In this document: positions 26,650-35,957 of the stretch, one piece after another
How the letters are laid out: each line of letters opens with the position of its first letter
Numbering within the stretch: position 1 is the first letter of the stretch
Assembly (NCBI GenBank): GCA_964455705.1
Contig: CAYVYM010000004.1
Span: 2,769 to 66,768 of the forward strand
DNA length: 64,000 nucleotides
Source of the DNA: an uncultured Rikenella sp.
GTDB lineage: Bacteria > Bacteroidota > Bacteroidia > Bacteroidales > VadinHA17
Reading direction: 5' to 3'
Position numbers and translations under genes: made by a program
Notes under the pieces: generated by a model
What the model saw: the letters and a program-made list of their open reading frames with translations, nothing else
Told to the model about the DNA's origin: nothing
The model's database searches: none

Positions 26650-28215
26650 ATGAAAAGATTGGTTTCGCTGCTTCTGTCTTCAGCGCTGGTTGTCGCCGCT
26701 GCAGGGCAACCGCTCTCCCCGAAGCAGATTGACAGGCTGACAGATAAGGTGCTGAAGGAATTCAACGTTCCCGGCATTGCCGTGGCCGTTGTAAAGGATG
26801 ACAAGGTGATCCATATGAAAGGCTACGGTGTCAGGTCTTTCGCCACCCGTCAGAAGACGGATGAGCACACCCTCTTCGCGATAGCTTCAAACACCAAAGC
26901 TTTTACGACTGCGGCCCTGGGGATTCTGGTTGATGAAGGGAAGCTCAGATGGGAGACAAAGGTGATTGACATTATCCCGGAGTTCAGGCTGTATAACCCT
27001 TACGTAACCGAAGATTTCCAGATAAGGGACCTCCTCACCCACCGCAGCGGATTGGGACTTGGCGCCGGAGACCTGATGATGTGGCCTGATTCGGCCCTGT
27101 TCACTGTTGCTGACATCATTTATAATCTCAGGCATCTGAAGCAGACTTCGCCATTCAGAACCAAATATGATTATGATAACCTTCTCTATGTTGTTGCCGG
27201 CGAGGTGGTTGAACGGGTTTCCGGCACCAGCTGGGAAGAGTTTGTGGAGGCCACCATAATGCGGCCACTGGGTATGACCGGCTCTTCAGCATCATTCAAA
27301 GGGTTGAAAGAAAAATCTAATATCATTGATGCTCATGTGCCTGTTGACGGAATACTTCAGGTAACAGGAAAACAGGAAAACAGGCTCCACAATTCGTCGG
27401 GCGGCATCTACAGCAACATCAGCGACCTGTGCAAATGGGTAATCATGCAGCTTAATCACGGCAGGTACGGGCCAAACCTTGAAAAACAGATCTTCACAGA
27501 CGAGGTTCACAGAGAGATGTGGACCCCCCAGACCATTAAACCGGTAAGGCCAGGTGGTCCTTACACAACCCACTTCTCTGCCTACGGCCTTGGCTGGGAT
27601 CTGACTGATATTAACGGGTTTCTTCAGGTATCCCACACCGGGACACATACCGGGATAGTAACCAGGGTGACAATGCTACCAGAGCTCAAACTTGGTATCA
27701 TTGTCCTGACCAATCAGCAGTCGACTGAAGCCTATGATGCAATCACCTACACCATTATTGACAGCTATCTTGGTATTAAGGGCATTGACCGTGTGAAAAC
27801 ACTTAAGGAGAGTTCATTCCGGAGCCTCAGGGAGGCAGCAACGGTTACCGGAGAGGTGTGGGCAAAGGTTAATGAGCAGCGTGCAAGTGCAGGTAAACAG
27901 GCGGACAATTCCCTTTACACCGGCACTTACAGCGACATTTGGTTTGGTGATATTGTCATATCCGAGGTCAACGGCAGGCTGAGGTTCAGCGCCGTAAGAT
28001 CACCCAGACTGAGAGGTGACATGCTTTATTATACAGGGAACACTTTTGTCATCAGGTGGGATGACAGGGCGATGGAGGCTGACGCATTTGCAGTCTTCGC
28101 CCTTGACAGGGAGGGCAGGCCGTCGGCAATAACCATGGAGGCCGTCTCACCGCTGACAGATTTCAGCTATGATTTTCAGGATCTGGACCTGAGAAGAAAA
28201 ATTATACTACCTTGA
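26650..28215 (+). CDS. Serine hydrolase, beta-lactamase/S12 family; tandem paralog of the preceding gene
   Basis: The ATG at 26650 gives the signal MKRLVSLLLSSALVVAAAG. Motifs SNTK, YDYDNLLY and VSHTGT are conserved. It is collinear with the upstream paralog along its whole length. Confidence 0.85.
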   Translation: MKRLVSLLLSSALVVAAAGQPLSPKQIDRLTDKVLKEFNVPGIAVAVVKDDKVIHMKGYGVRSFATRQKTDEHTLFAIASNTKAFTTAALGILVDEGKLRWETKVIDIIPEFRLYNPYVTEDFQIRDLLTHRSGLGLGAGDLMMWPDSALFTVADIIYNLRHLKQTSPFRTKYDYDNLLYVVAGEVVERVSGTSWEEFVEATIMRPLGMTGSSASFKGLKEKSNIIDAHVPVDGILQVTGKQENRLHNSSGGIYSNISDLCKWVIMQLNHGRYGPNLEKQIFTDEVHREMWTPQTIKPVRPGGPYTTHFSAYGLGWDLTDINGFLQVSHTGTHTGIVTRVTMLPELKLGIIVLTNQQSTEAYDAITYTIIDSYLGIKGIDRVKTLKESSFRSLREAATVTGEVWAKVNEQRASAGKQADNSLYTGTYSDIWFGDIVISEVNGRLRFSAVRSPRLRGDMLYYTGNTFVIRWDDRAMEADAFAVFALDREGRPSAITMEAVSPLTDFSYDFQDLDLRRKIILP

Positions 28216-28220
28216 CAATC

Positions 28221-29333
28221 ATGCGCACGGCCCTTTTCAATGGAATCTTTTTCACCGGTAAGGAGCTGGTAAAGGACAAGGTACTTCTGACCGAAGACAA
28301 TCATATTACCGGTTTTGCAGATCGCACCTCAATCAGCACCGGGGTGGAGATGATTGACTGTCATGGGTACCTGGTAACGTCTGGTCTTATCGATCTCCAG
28401 ATAGCCGGCAGCGGAGGGTATCTCTTTTCCGGCTGTCCTACGGCGGAGGCCCTCGGGGCCATAACCGGGTCAATTGTCAGAACCGGTACAACAGGTTTTC
28501 TCCTTGCAATGCCGACGAATACGATGGAAGTCTATTGCAATGCATTCCGGGCTGTCAGGGAGAATCCACATCCTGCATTGCTGGGGCTGCATCTGGAGGG
28601 ACCGTTTATCAGTCTTGCGAAGCGGGGAGCTCATGCCAGGGAGCTAATCAGGGTGCCTTCACAGGAGACTGTCAGAGAGCTGCTTGACGAGGCCGGTGGT
28701 GTCATCACCATGATGACTGTTGCGCCGGAAGTTTGCACCGCTGAGATAATCAGCCTTCTGAAGGATAATGGCATAACAGTAGCCGCCGGCCACAGCAACG
28801 CAACATTCAGGGAGGCAGCCGACGGCTTTGACATGGGTATTGAGACGACAACACACCTCTTCAATGCGATGTCGCCAATTCATCATCGTGACCCCGGCCT
28901 GCCGGGTGCGGTTTTCAACTCTGACATTGCCCGTGCCAGCATAATAGCCGACGGTATACATGTGGACTTCACGATGCTGGCGATAGTCAAGAAGATAATG
29001 AAGGAGAGGCTCTTTCTGGTTTCTGATGCTGTTGAAGAGAATGACCGGGGAGCCTACCGGCATGTGATGCAGCCTGACAGGTACACCCTCCCTGACGGAA
29101 CTCTGTCAGGCGCCAGGCTAACGATGCTTGATGCAGTAAGGAACTGTGTCCGCCATGCGGGTATTGACCTGTATGAAGCCATAAGGATGGCCTCGCTCTA
29201 TCCCGCACAACTGATCGGAGCCGAAGACCGGGGTGTTATTGTTGAAGGGGCCAGGGCTGACCTGGTAATTACTGACAGCGACCTGGAGCTTAAAGGTGTA
29301 TTTTTAAACGGTAAGATGGAATATCAAAACTAA
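28221..29333 (+). CDS. nagA: N-acetylglucosamine-6-phosphate deacetylase
   Basis: Amidohydrolase-fold motifs GLHLEGPF, AAGHSNA, THLFNAM and IADGIHV are present. I prefer the ATG at 28221 over the TTG at 28212. Confidence 0.85.
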   Translation: MRTALFNGIFFTGKELVKDKVLLTEDNHITGFADRTSISTGVEMIDCHGYLVTSGLIDLQIAGSGGYLFSGCPTAEALGAITGSIVRTGTTGFLLAMPTNTMEVYCNAFRAVRENPHPALLGLHLEGPFISLAKRGAHARELIRVPSQETVRELLDEAGGVITMMTVAPEVCTAEIISLLKDNGITVAAGHSNATFREAADGFDMGIETTTHLFNAMSPIHHRDPGLPGAVFNSDIARASIIADGIHVDFTMLAIVKKIMKERLFLVSDAVEENDRGAYRHVMQPDRYTLPDGTLSGARLTMLDAVRNCVRHAGIDLYEAIRMASLYPAQLIGAEDRGVIVEGARADLVITDSDLELKGVFLNGKMEYQN

Positions 29334-29337
29334 TATT

Positions 29338-30294
29338 ATGGCACTTTTGGGAATAGATCTGGGAGGATCAAAGGTTACCTTTGCGCTCTTCGACCATGAG
29401 GGCAACATGAGAGAAAAGGAGACACTGACCCTTGACAACCGCAAGGGGACAGAGGTTGGAAACATGATTGCGGTCACAACTGCGCTCATGCTTGCGAAAT
29501 CGGCCAGACAGGGTAACGCCGTGGAGGCGGTGGGCATCTCTGTGCCGGGTATCAGCCGCCGTGACAGGGGGACCGTATGGGCACCCAATATTCCTGGCTG
29601 GGATGACTATCCGCTGCTGAAAGAGATAAAGACCATTACCGAAGATATTCCTGTCACCATTGAGAGTGACAGGGCCTGTTACATTTCAGGAGAGATATGG
29701 AAGGGCAATGCGCACGGCTGCACTGATGCGATCTTTCTTGCGGTAGGGACGGGTATTGGCGCAGGAATTATCGTCAGTGGCAACATCCTTCACGGATCTC
29801 ATGACATTGCAGGAGCCATCGGGTGGATGGCTCTGGAGAGGCCTTTCAGGAGCAATTTTACAATCTGCGGCAATTTTGAATACTATGCTTCGGGAGAGGG
29901 TATCACCAGACAGGCTGAGGAGTACCTGCAAAGCCATATCGATTATGAGGGCGAACTTGCGTCTGCACCTGAGGGGAAAATAACAACCCGCCATGTCTTC
30001 AGTGCATGGAAAAAGGGGGATGCTGCGGCCGCGGAGATCATCCGGAGGGCTGTTGAATACTGGGGGATGGCCTCCGCCAACCTCGTCAGCCTTTTTAACC
30101 CCGAAAAGATCATCTTCGGCGGAGGGGTATTCGGCCCGGCAATTGAGCTCATCCCCGCCATCAGGCTGGAGGCGGAAAAATGGGCTCAGCCAATCAGTAT
30201 GAAGCAGGTCAGCTTTGAGTCTTCTGCCCTCACCGGCGACGCAGGTGTTATTGGTGCAGGTTTTCTCGCCATGAAATACCTTGAAAAACAGTAA
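29338..30294 (+). CDS. ROK-family sugar kinase lacking the canonical zinc motif
   Basis: N-terminal LGIDLGGSKV, then VGTGIGAGIIVSGNILHGSHDIAGAIGW. The CxCGxxGC motif is replaced by ICGNFEYYASGEG. Confidence 0.8.
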   Translation: MALLGIDLGGSKVTFALFDHEGNMREKETLTLDNRKGTEVGNMIAVTTALMLAKSARQGNAVEAVGISVPGISRRDRGTVWAPNIPGWDDYPLLKEIKTITEDIPVTIESDRACYISGEIWKGNAHGCTDAIFLAVGTGIGAGIIVSGNILHGSHDIAGAIGWMALERPFRSNFTICGNFEYYASGEGITRQAEEYLQSHIDYEGELASAPEGKITTRHVFSAWKKGDAAAAEIIRRAVEYWGMASANLVSLFNPEKIIFGGGVFGPAIELIPAIRLEAEKWAQPISMKQVSFESSALTGDAGVIGAGFLAMKYLEKQ

Positions 30295-30302
30295 GACAAC
30301 AG

Positions 30303-31466
30303 ATGAACGGAACATATAACAGGCAACTCGTATTCTGGTCAGCATGTCTCGGCATGTTGTTATTCGGCATAGGCCTTATAATGCTGGGAGCGGTACTGCC
30401 AGACCTGAGGGTGAGGCATTCGCTTGATGACGTCGAGGCAGGAACCCTCTTCTCTATTCTTCCCATAGGCATCATCGCAGGGTCACTCCTCTTTGGTCCG
30501 GTGTGCGACAAATATGGATACAGGATCCTTCTCACCATCTCGGCACTGTTGATGTTTGCTGGCTTTGAGGGACTCGCCTTCACTCATACCTCATGGATCC
30601 TCACTGTGTCTGTATTCCTGTTCGGTCTTGGCGGCGGAGCCATTAACGGAGCTACGAATGCCGTGGTTGCAGACATCAGCACAAAAGGCAAGGGAGCCAA
30701 TCTGAGTCTTCTGGGGGTCTTCTTCGGGATCGGCGCACTGGGCATGCCTTTATTGCTTAGTGTTCTCAGGCATTCTTTTGATTTCGAAGCCATCGTTTCA
30801 GCAACGGGGTTTCTCGCGCTTGCGGCAGCAATTCTCTTTCTGATAGTGAGATTCCCTCCCGCAAAACAGGAAGCTGGTATCTCCATGAAACAGGTACTGG
30901 CGCTGGTGAAAGACCTCACCCTGGTGATGATTGCCTTCTTTCTCTTTTTCCAGAGTGCCATTGAGGGTCTGATCAACAACTGGACCACCACCTACCTGAT
31001 TGACAGCATATCTGCACCCCGGAACGCAGCACTGATGGGTCTCTCAGCCTACATTGCAGGAATGACTGTTATGAGGCTGTTAATTGGCAGCCTTTTCAGG
31101 AAGATGCCAGAGGACAGACTGCTCTTTTTATCATTTGGGATAACCCTTGTTGCACTTGTTATCTTCAGAATGAGCGGCTCCATCATACCGGCGGCAGCCG
31201 GACTGTTCCTTATCGGTGCAGGCCTCGCCGCAGGATTTCCTACCATGCTCGGGCTTGTAGGGAACAGATACCCCCACCTGTCGGGTACAGCCTTCAGCTT
31301 TGTGCTCGTCATAGCCCTGACAGGCAATATACTGATCAATTATTCAATGGGCGTGGTGGCTGAACATTACGGGATAAATCATCTGACGACATTTACCTTT
31401 GCTGAGCTTGTTATACTTGTAGTCATGGCAACAGCTATCTTCAGCAGATTAAAACAGAAAAAATAA
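30303..31466 (+). CDS. MFS transporter
   Basis: 387 aa with about 12 hydrophobic segments and a loop 2-3 motif-like GPVCDKYGYR. Confidence 0.8.
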   Translation: MNGTYNRQLVFWSACLGMLLFGIGLIMLGAVLPDLRVRHSLDDVEAGTLFSILPIGIIAGSLLFGPVCDKYGYRILLTISALLMFAGFEGLAFTHTSWILTVSVFLFGLGGGAINGATNAVVADISTKGKGANLSLLGVFFGIGALGMPLLLSVLRHSFDFEAIVSATGFLALAAAILFLIVRFPPAKQEAGISMKQVLALVKDLTLVMIAFFLFFQSAIEGLINNWTTTYLIDSISAPRNAALMGLSAYIAGMTVMRLLIGSLFRKMPEDRLLFLSFGITLVALVIFRMSGSIIPAAAGLFLIGAGLAAGFPTMLGLVGNRYPHLSGTAFSFVLVIALTGNILINYSMGVVAEHYGINHLTTFTFAELVILVVMATAIFSRLKQKK

Positions 31467-31488
31467 TCACTAAATAAAAAAGAAAATT

Positions 31489-32250
31489 ATGCTTGCACAG
31501 GAATGGCTGAAAAATGCCAGGGATGTCATGTCCCGTATTGAAGAGACACAAATGGAAAGTATTCGTATGGCTGCGGAAGTGATGGCCGACACAATTGAAT
31601 GCGGACGCTGGGTTCATACCTTCGGGTGTGGCCATGCCACCCTGCCTATCGAGGAGATGTATCCGAGGATCGGGGGGTTTGTCGGCTTCCATCCGATGAT
31701 CGAGATCCCTCTGAGTTTCTTTACTCACATAACAGGAGAGATGGGTGTGCACCAGTTTGTGTTCCTTGAGAGGGTTGAGGGGTACGGTGTTGAGATAATG
31801 AAAGGTTATACCTTTGATCAGCGAGACACAATGTGGCTCTTCTCCCACTCCGGCATCAACAACGTGAACATCGACGTCGCACTTGAATCAAAGAAACGGG
31901 GAATGAAGGTTGTGGTCTTTGGTTCGGCAGCGGCAGCAGAGGGAAAGAAGACCAGGCATTCTTCGGGAAAGACCATCTTTGACATTGCCGACATTGTAGT
32001 GGATACATGTGCTCCGCTTGAGGACGCCTCAGTGAAGCTGAAAAACCATTATGACAAGATCGGTCCGGTATCGACCATGGCATTTGTAACGTGTGTATGG
32101 ATGACCATTACCACTGTTGCGGAGGTCCTCGCTGACAGGGGTGTAAAGTTGTACATTCATCCGAGCCACAACGTACCCGGAGACAACACCGCGAGGGAGA
32201 GGCTTGATGAGGCGCTGACAGAGTATAAGCGCAGGGTGTCTGGTGTCTGA
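31489..32250 (+). CDS. SIS (sugar isomerase) domain protein, UPF0309-like
   Basis: 253 aa. The patterns VHTFGCGHATLPIEEM and LFSHSGINNVNID are typical of SIS phosphosugar-binding folds. Confidence 0.7.
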   Translation: MLAQEWLKNARDVMSRIEETQMESIRMAAEVMADTIECGRWVHTFGCGHATLPIEEMYPRIGGFVGFHPMIEIPLSFFTHITGEMGVHQFVFLERVEGYGVEIMKGYTFDQRDTMWLFSHSGINNVNIDVALESKKRGMKVVVFGSAAAAEGKKTRHSSGKTIFDIADIVVDTCAPLEDASVKLKNHYDKIGPVSTMAFVTCVWMTITTVAEVLADRGVKLYIHPSHNVPGDNTARERLDEALTEYKRRVSGV

Positions 32251-32265
32251 CAAACATATTGAGGA

Positions 32266-33294
32266 ATGAACTCACTTGAAAGAACGATTGGCTTCATTGA
32301 AGGCCGGGCTGTCGACCGCGTTCCCTTCCATCCCATCCTGATGCGCCTTGCCGCGCGGCATGCAGGAGTCAGGTACAGGGATTTCTGCCTGAGTGCTGCT
32401 CATAAATGTACGGCAAACATCATATGTGCCACCCGTTTCGGGTCAGACTGGGTCAATACCATGTCAGATCCTTACGCAGAAGCCGAAGGGTACGGTACAA
32501 TCCTCACCTATCCTGATGATGACCTCCCGAAGGTTCAGAGATATGCAATCACTGAAATAGGTGACATTGACCACATGAAGGTACTGAAGACAGCGGACCA
32601 CATCCGTATGAAAGAGCGCCTTTCCGAAATCACCCGATACGCCAGTGAGACCGCCGGAACCATTTTCACAGCTGGCTGGGTTGAGGGTCCGCTGGCGGAA
32701 TACTGTGATATAAGAGATATCAACCTGGCGATGACGGATCTGTATGAATACCCCGGGAAGGTGCACAAGGCCCTGGACATTATTACAGAAAGCGCAATTG
32801 ACTTTATCACCCTGCAGGTCAGGGCCGGGGCTCATTGCATCGGCATCGGTGATTCCGTCTGCTCACTCATTTCACCTGAACTGTACAATGAGTTCTGTTT
32901 TGACCGTGAGAAGATGCTGGTAGCTCATATCCACTCACTGGGAGCATACGCCAAAATCCATATCTGTGGTAATATCTCGGCAATCCTGCCTGATGTGATC
33001 CGCACCGGCGCCAATATTGTAGATATTGATCACCGCACAGGCCTCGTGACGGATGCAGTGAAGCTTCTTGCACCGGAGCAGGTATTTGCCGGAAAGAGTG
33101 ATCCTGTCTCTGTGATACAGGATGGCGACAAGGCACTTATCAGAGAGAGTTGTCACTCGTTTTACAGGGAGGCCTCCGGGCGAGCCATTCTCTCGGCGGG
33201 TTGCGAAGTGACCCCGGGGACATCAGTCGATAACCTCTTGTTCTTCGGAAGCCTGGCCGGAGAACTTGCAAGTTTGGATACCCGGAGCAAATAA
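32266..33294 (+). CDS. Uroporphyrinogen decarboxylase (URO-D) family protein, MtaA/CmuA-like
   Basis: 342 aa. The N-terminal GRAVDRVPFHPILMRLAA and the overall TIM-barrel length and pattern resemble URO-D-family enzymes, recognised from memory. Confidence 0.6.
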   Translation: MNSLERTIGFIEGRAVDRVPFHPILMRLAARHAGVRYRDFCLSAAHKCTANIICATRFGSDWVNTMSDPYAEAEGYGTILTYPDDDLPKVQRYAITEIGDIDHMKVLKTADHIRMKERLSEITRYASETAGTIFTAGWVEGPLAEYCDIRDINLAMTDLYEYPGKVHKALDIITESAIDFITLQVRAGAHCIGIGDSVCSLISPELYNEFCFDREKMLVAHIHSLGAYAKIHICGNISAILPDVIRTGANIVDIDHRTGLVTDAVKLLAPEQVFAGKSDPVSVIQDGDKALIRESCHSFYREASGRAILSAGCEVTPGTSVDNLLFFGSLAGELASLDTRSK

Positions 33295-33301
33295 CAGTAT
33301 C

Positions 33302-34174
33302 ATGGGAAAAAATATTGCATTGGTTCTCTCCAGCGGCGGGGCAAGGGGCTTTGCCCATATAGGCGCAATAAAGGTGCTGGAGCGTGAGGGATATAAGATC
33401 ACCTCTGTGGCCGGCACCTCAATGGGCGCCCTCGTGGGAGGCATCTATGCTGCAGGACAGCTTAAGGAGTTTGAGGAGTGGGTATGCTCACTTGACGTGA
33501 TGGAGGTTCTGAAACTGACTGATGTGACCATCAGCGGCACCGGCTTTGTCAAAGGGAAAAAGCTTATTGACAGGATGAAGGAGATCGTTCCGGCAAGGAG
33601 AATAGAGGAGCTAAACATACCCTACAGTGCCGTTGCCACGGATTTTACAAGGGGTATCGAGAGGGTCTTCACCGAGGGGAGTCTGTTTGATGCCATACGA
33701 GCTTCAATATCAATACCTACGGTCTTTAAACCCTTTCTGTCAGAGGGCGATTATTATGTTGACGGAGGACTTGTCAATCCGATCCCCATCAACCGGGTGA
33801 AACGGCATGAAGACGACCTTCTTGCAGTTGTTGATGTCAATGCCGATATACCTCATGATATACCTGAATCCGCAGAGGAGGCCGGGCATGAGGAAGATAA
33901 CAAGTATCTCAGGAAGATAAAGAATATCTATTCCAGGCCTGACAAACACATTCCTAAAAATAGAAAGGACAACATCGGCCTGTTCAATCTCAACACCCGA
34001 AGCATCAGTATAATGCTCAATCAGATTGGCGCCCTCACCCTGGAGAATCACCATGTCGATATAATGGTCAGGATATCAAGAGATTCCTATGGAATTTATG
34101 ATTTCTACAAAGCTGCAAAGATCATTAGTGCAGGTGAGAATGCTACCAGGCTGGCCCTGGATTTGAGTGATTAA
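33302..34174 (+). CDS. Patatin-like phospholipase (RssA/YlbK-type)
   Basis: Oxyanion motif SSGGARGFAHIG, nucleophile GTSMGA and the Asp motif DGGLVNPIP. The ATG at 33302 avoids overlap with the upstream gene. Confidence 0.9.
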   Translation: MGKNIALVLSSGGARGFAHIGAIKVLEREGYKITSVAGTSMGALVGGIYAAGQLKEFEEWVCSLDVMEVLKLTDVTISGTGFVKGKKLIDRMKEIVPARRIEELNIPYSAVATDFTRGIERVFTEGSLFDAIRASISIPTVFKPFLSEGDYYVDGGLVNPIPINRVKRHEDDLLAVVDVNADIPHDIPESAEEAGHEEDNKYLRKIKNIYSRPDKHIPKNRKDNIGLFNLNTRSISIMLNQIGALTLENHHVDIMVRISRDSYGIYDFYKAAKIISAGENATRLALDLSD

Positions 34175-34201
34175 TGGAGATACCGTAATCAGTTTTTTTT
34201 T
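34168..34201 (+). terminator. Weak intrinsic-terminator-like hairpin followed by a run of nine T
   Basis: TGATTA (34168-34173) pairs with TAATCA (34186-34191) across a 12-nt loop. A T9 run follows at 34193-34201. The stem is short and AT-rich. Confidence 0.3.
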
Positions 34202-34269
34202 AGCTTTCACGGTTGCATTTTCTCTGCAAAATCAGTACCTTTATAGCTTGACCTAAAAGGAGTTCCGTT

Positions 34270-35169
34270 ATGAAAAAATTTATCCTGATAATTATTCTGG
34301 CCCTTTTTGCGGCAACCTCTGAAATGATTGCCCAGAAGCCAATAAAAGTTATAGAAGACAGCATCCAGATAGGCAACTATCTCTATCCGGGTTTCAACGT
34401 GACCATACCAGAGGCCAATTTCGACAATACCCTTAAGAACTGGATAAAGTTACAGGAGACCGGGACCAAGTCAAAGGTACAGACCGAAAACGGCGAAATG
34501 ACGATCTTCGGAGCAATAATCAAGCAGGTGGCCCCTGCCCCCGTCAACATTTACAGCCGGCTCATGAACGAAGACACACTGAGCAGGCTGCTGGTAACCA
34601 TTGAACTCAAAAAAGATTTGTATATAGAGCCTGCCTCAGGCGATATCCAGCTTACAGCCGCCAGGGATTACCTGAAGGAATTTGCCAAGTCGCAGTACAT
34701 TGATGTCATTAAGGAACAGCTGGCTGTAGAGGAGAAGATCCTCCGTGATTTGAACAAGGATCTCGGGAGTCTCCAGAGCAATAAAGCCCGCTCACAGAAG
34801 ACAGCCAAAAATAAAAGGAACACAATTAATGACGAGCAGGATAAACTTCTTGTCAAACACAACGAACTGAGTCTTCTTTCAAATGAGATCATCTACAGGA
34901 ACAACGAGATGATGTCCATGCCGGTTGGTGCCGGAAGGGATGCCATGTCTGCCCAGATAAAGGAACTCGAGAAGAGGCGTAAGAAACTGCAAAGGGAGAT
35001 TGGCAAGAGCGAAAACAAGATCAACAAGGCCAGGTCAGACATTAACCAGGCTGACAACTCTATCCCAAGGAATGAAAATGAACAGTCAGCTGTGAGGGCC
35101 AGGATTGATTCACAACAGTCTGTAGTTCAGTCGTATATCGACAAGCTGAACACGGTTAAGCTATATTAA
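34270..35169 (+). CDS. Hypothetical secreted protein with a globular N-terminal half and a coiled-coil C-terminal half
   Basis: Signal peptide MKKFILIIILALFAATSEMIAQ. The C-terminal 150 aa or so are heptad-like and rich in K, E, Q, N and R. Confidence 0.6.
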   Translation: MKKFILIIILALFAATSEMIAQKPIKVIEDSIQIGNYLYPGFNVTIPEANFDNTLKNWIKLQETGTKSKVQTENGEMTIFGAIIKQVAPAPVNIYSRLMNEDTLSRLLVTIELKKDLYIEPASGDIQLTAARDYLKEFAKSQYIDVIKEQLAVEEKILRDLNKDLGSLQSNKARSQKTAKNKRNTINDEQDKLLVKHNELSLLSNEIIYRNNEMMSMPVGAGRDAMSAQIKELEKRRKKLQREIGKSENKINKARSDINQADNSIPRNENEQSAVRARIDSQQSVVQSYIDKLNTVKLY

Positions 35170-35222
35170 TGCCTTTTCTTTGAACCGGAAATGATGTATT
35201 ACTGTTTTAAACAATAAGGATT

Positions 35223-35561
35223 ATGGAAGATCAGGAACAGAAAGAAAACTACCGCCACAAGTTTGAGTCTCAGCTTGATGAGTGGAGAGCTGATATTGAC
35301 AGGCTGAGGGAGAAAGCAAGGTATGCCACTGCTGAAACAAAGCTGAAATATCAGGAGAGTATTGACAAGCTTGAGCTCAGAATGGATGAAGGCAAGTCGA
35401 AGCTTAAGGACCTCAGGGAATCCGGGGGCGAAGCATGGGAGGTGGTGAAGGATGGTGCTGATTCCATCTGGGACACCATGAAGGCTACATTTGCCGAAGT
35501 AAAGGAAAAGTTGAGGGATAAGGACGACGATCAGGAGGAAGGCAATGAAAAAAGCACTTAA
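35223..35561 (+). CDS. Hypothetical small acidic coiled-coil protein
   Basis: 112 aa with no signal peptide. It has charged helical repeats (QLDEWRADIDRLREKA...KLKYQESIDKLE) and an acidic tail. Confidence 0.55.
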   Translation: MEDQEQKENYRHKFESQLDEWRADIDRLREKARYATAETKLKYQESIDKLELRMDEGKSKLKDLRESGGEAWEVVKDGADSIWDTMKATFAEVKEKLRDKDDDQEEGNEKST

Positions 35562-35955
35562 AATAATCCTGGTTATTGTAGTGATTGCTGGTGGTGCGTT
35601 GTTCTGGTGGCGTCATTACTTTGTATTTGGTGAAGGGGTTAAGGCGGGAGATCTGAACTTCCTCGTAAAAAAAGGATACATCTTCAAGACATGGGAAGGG
35701 AGGCTTATCCAGACAGGGTTTAAAACCCCATCCCCCGGAGCGATTCAGAGCAATGAATTTGAATTCAGCATCACCAATGACAGCCTTGCGATGGTCCTTG
35801 AGAGAGCCAGCGGAAAGTTCGTGGAGCTGCGCTACAAGGAATATATAAAACCGCTGCCGTGGAGAGGCATGAGCCAGTTCGTGGTTATAGAGGTACTTGA
35901 CATAAGGGACCCGGAGGAAGAGTCGCAGACCCTAATTCCCTACCAGGCAATCTGA
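35545..35955 (+). CDS. Hypothetical membrane-anchored protein
   Basis: 136 aa with a single N-terminal TM segment (ILVIVVIAGGALFWW). It overlaps the upstream ORF by 17 nt. Confidence 0.55.
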   Translation: MKKALKIILVIVVIAGGALFWWRHYFVFGEGVKAGDLNFLVKKGYIFKTWEGRLIQTGFKTPSPGAIQSNEFEFSITNDSLAMVLERASGKFVELRYKEYIKPLPWRGMSQFVVIEVLDIRDPEEESQTLIPYQAI

Positions 35956-35957
35956 CT

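Noticed and set aside
29686-30345. A 219-aa ORF antisense to the ROK kinase gene
   Set aside because: It lies entirely opposite a well-supported kinase gene. Its sequence is Arg/Cys/Pro-rich and low in information, and it has no independent support.
33302-34174. The patatin-like phospholipase as a possible CBASS-type or other defence effector
   Set aside because: It is a stand-alone RssA/YlbK-type protein of 290 aa. There is no cyclase, sensor, E1/E2-like or other defence-associated gene beside it, and the context is housekeeping.
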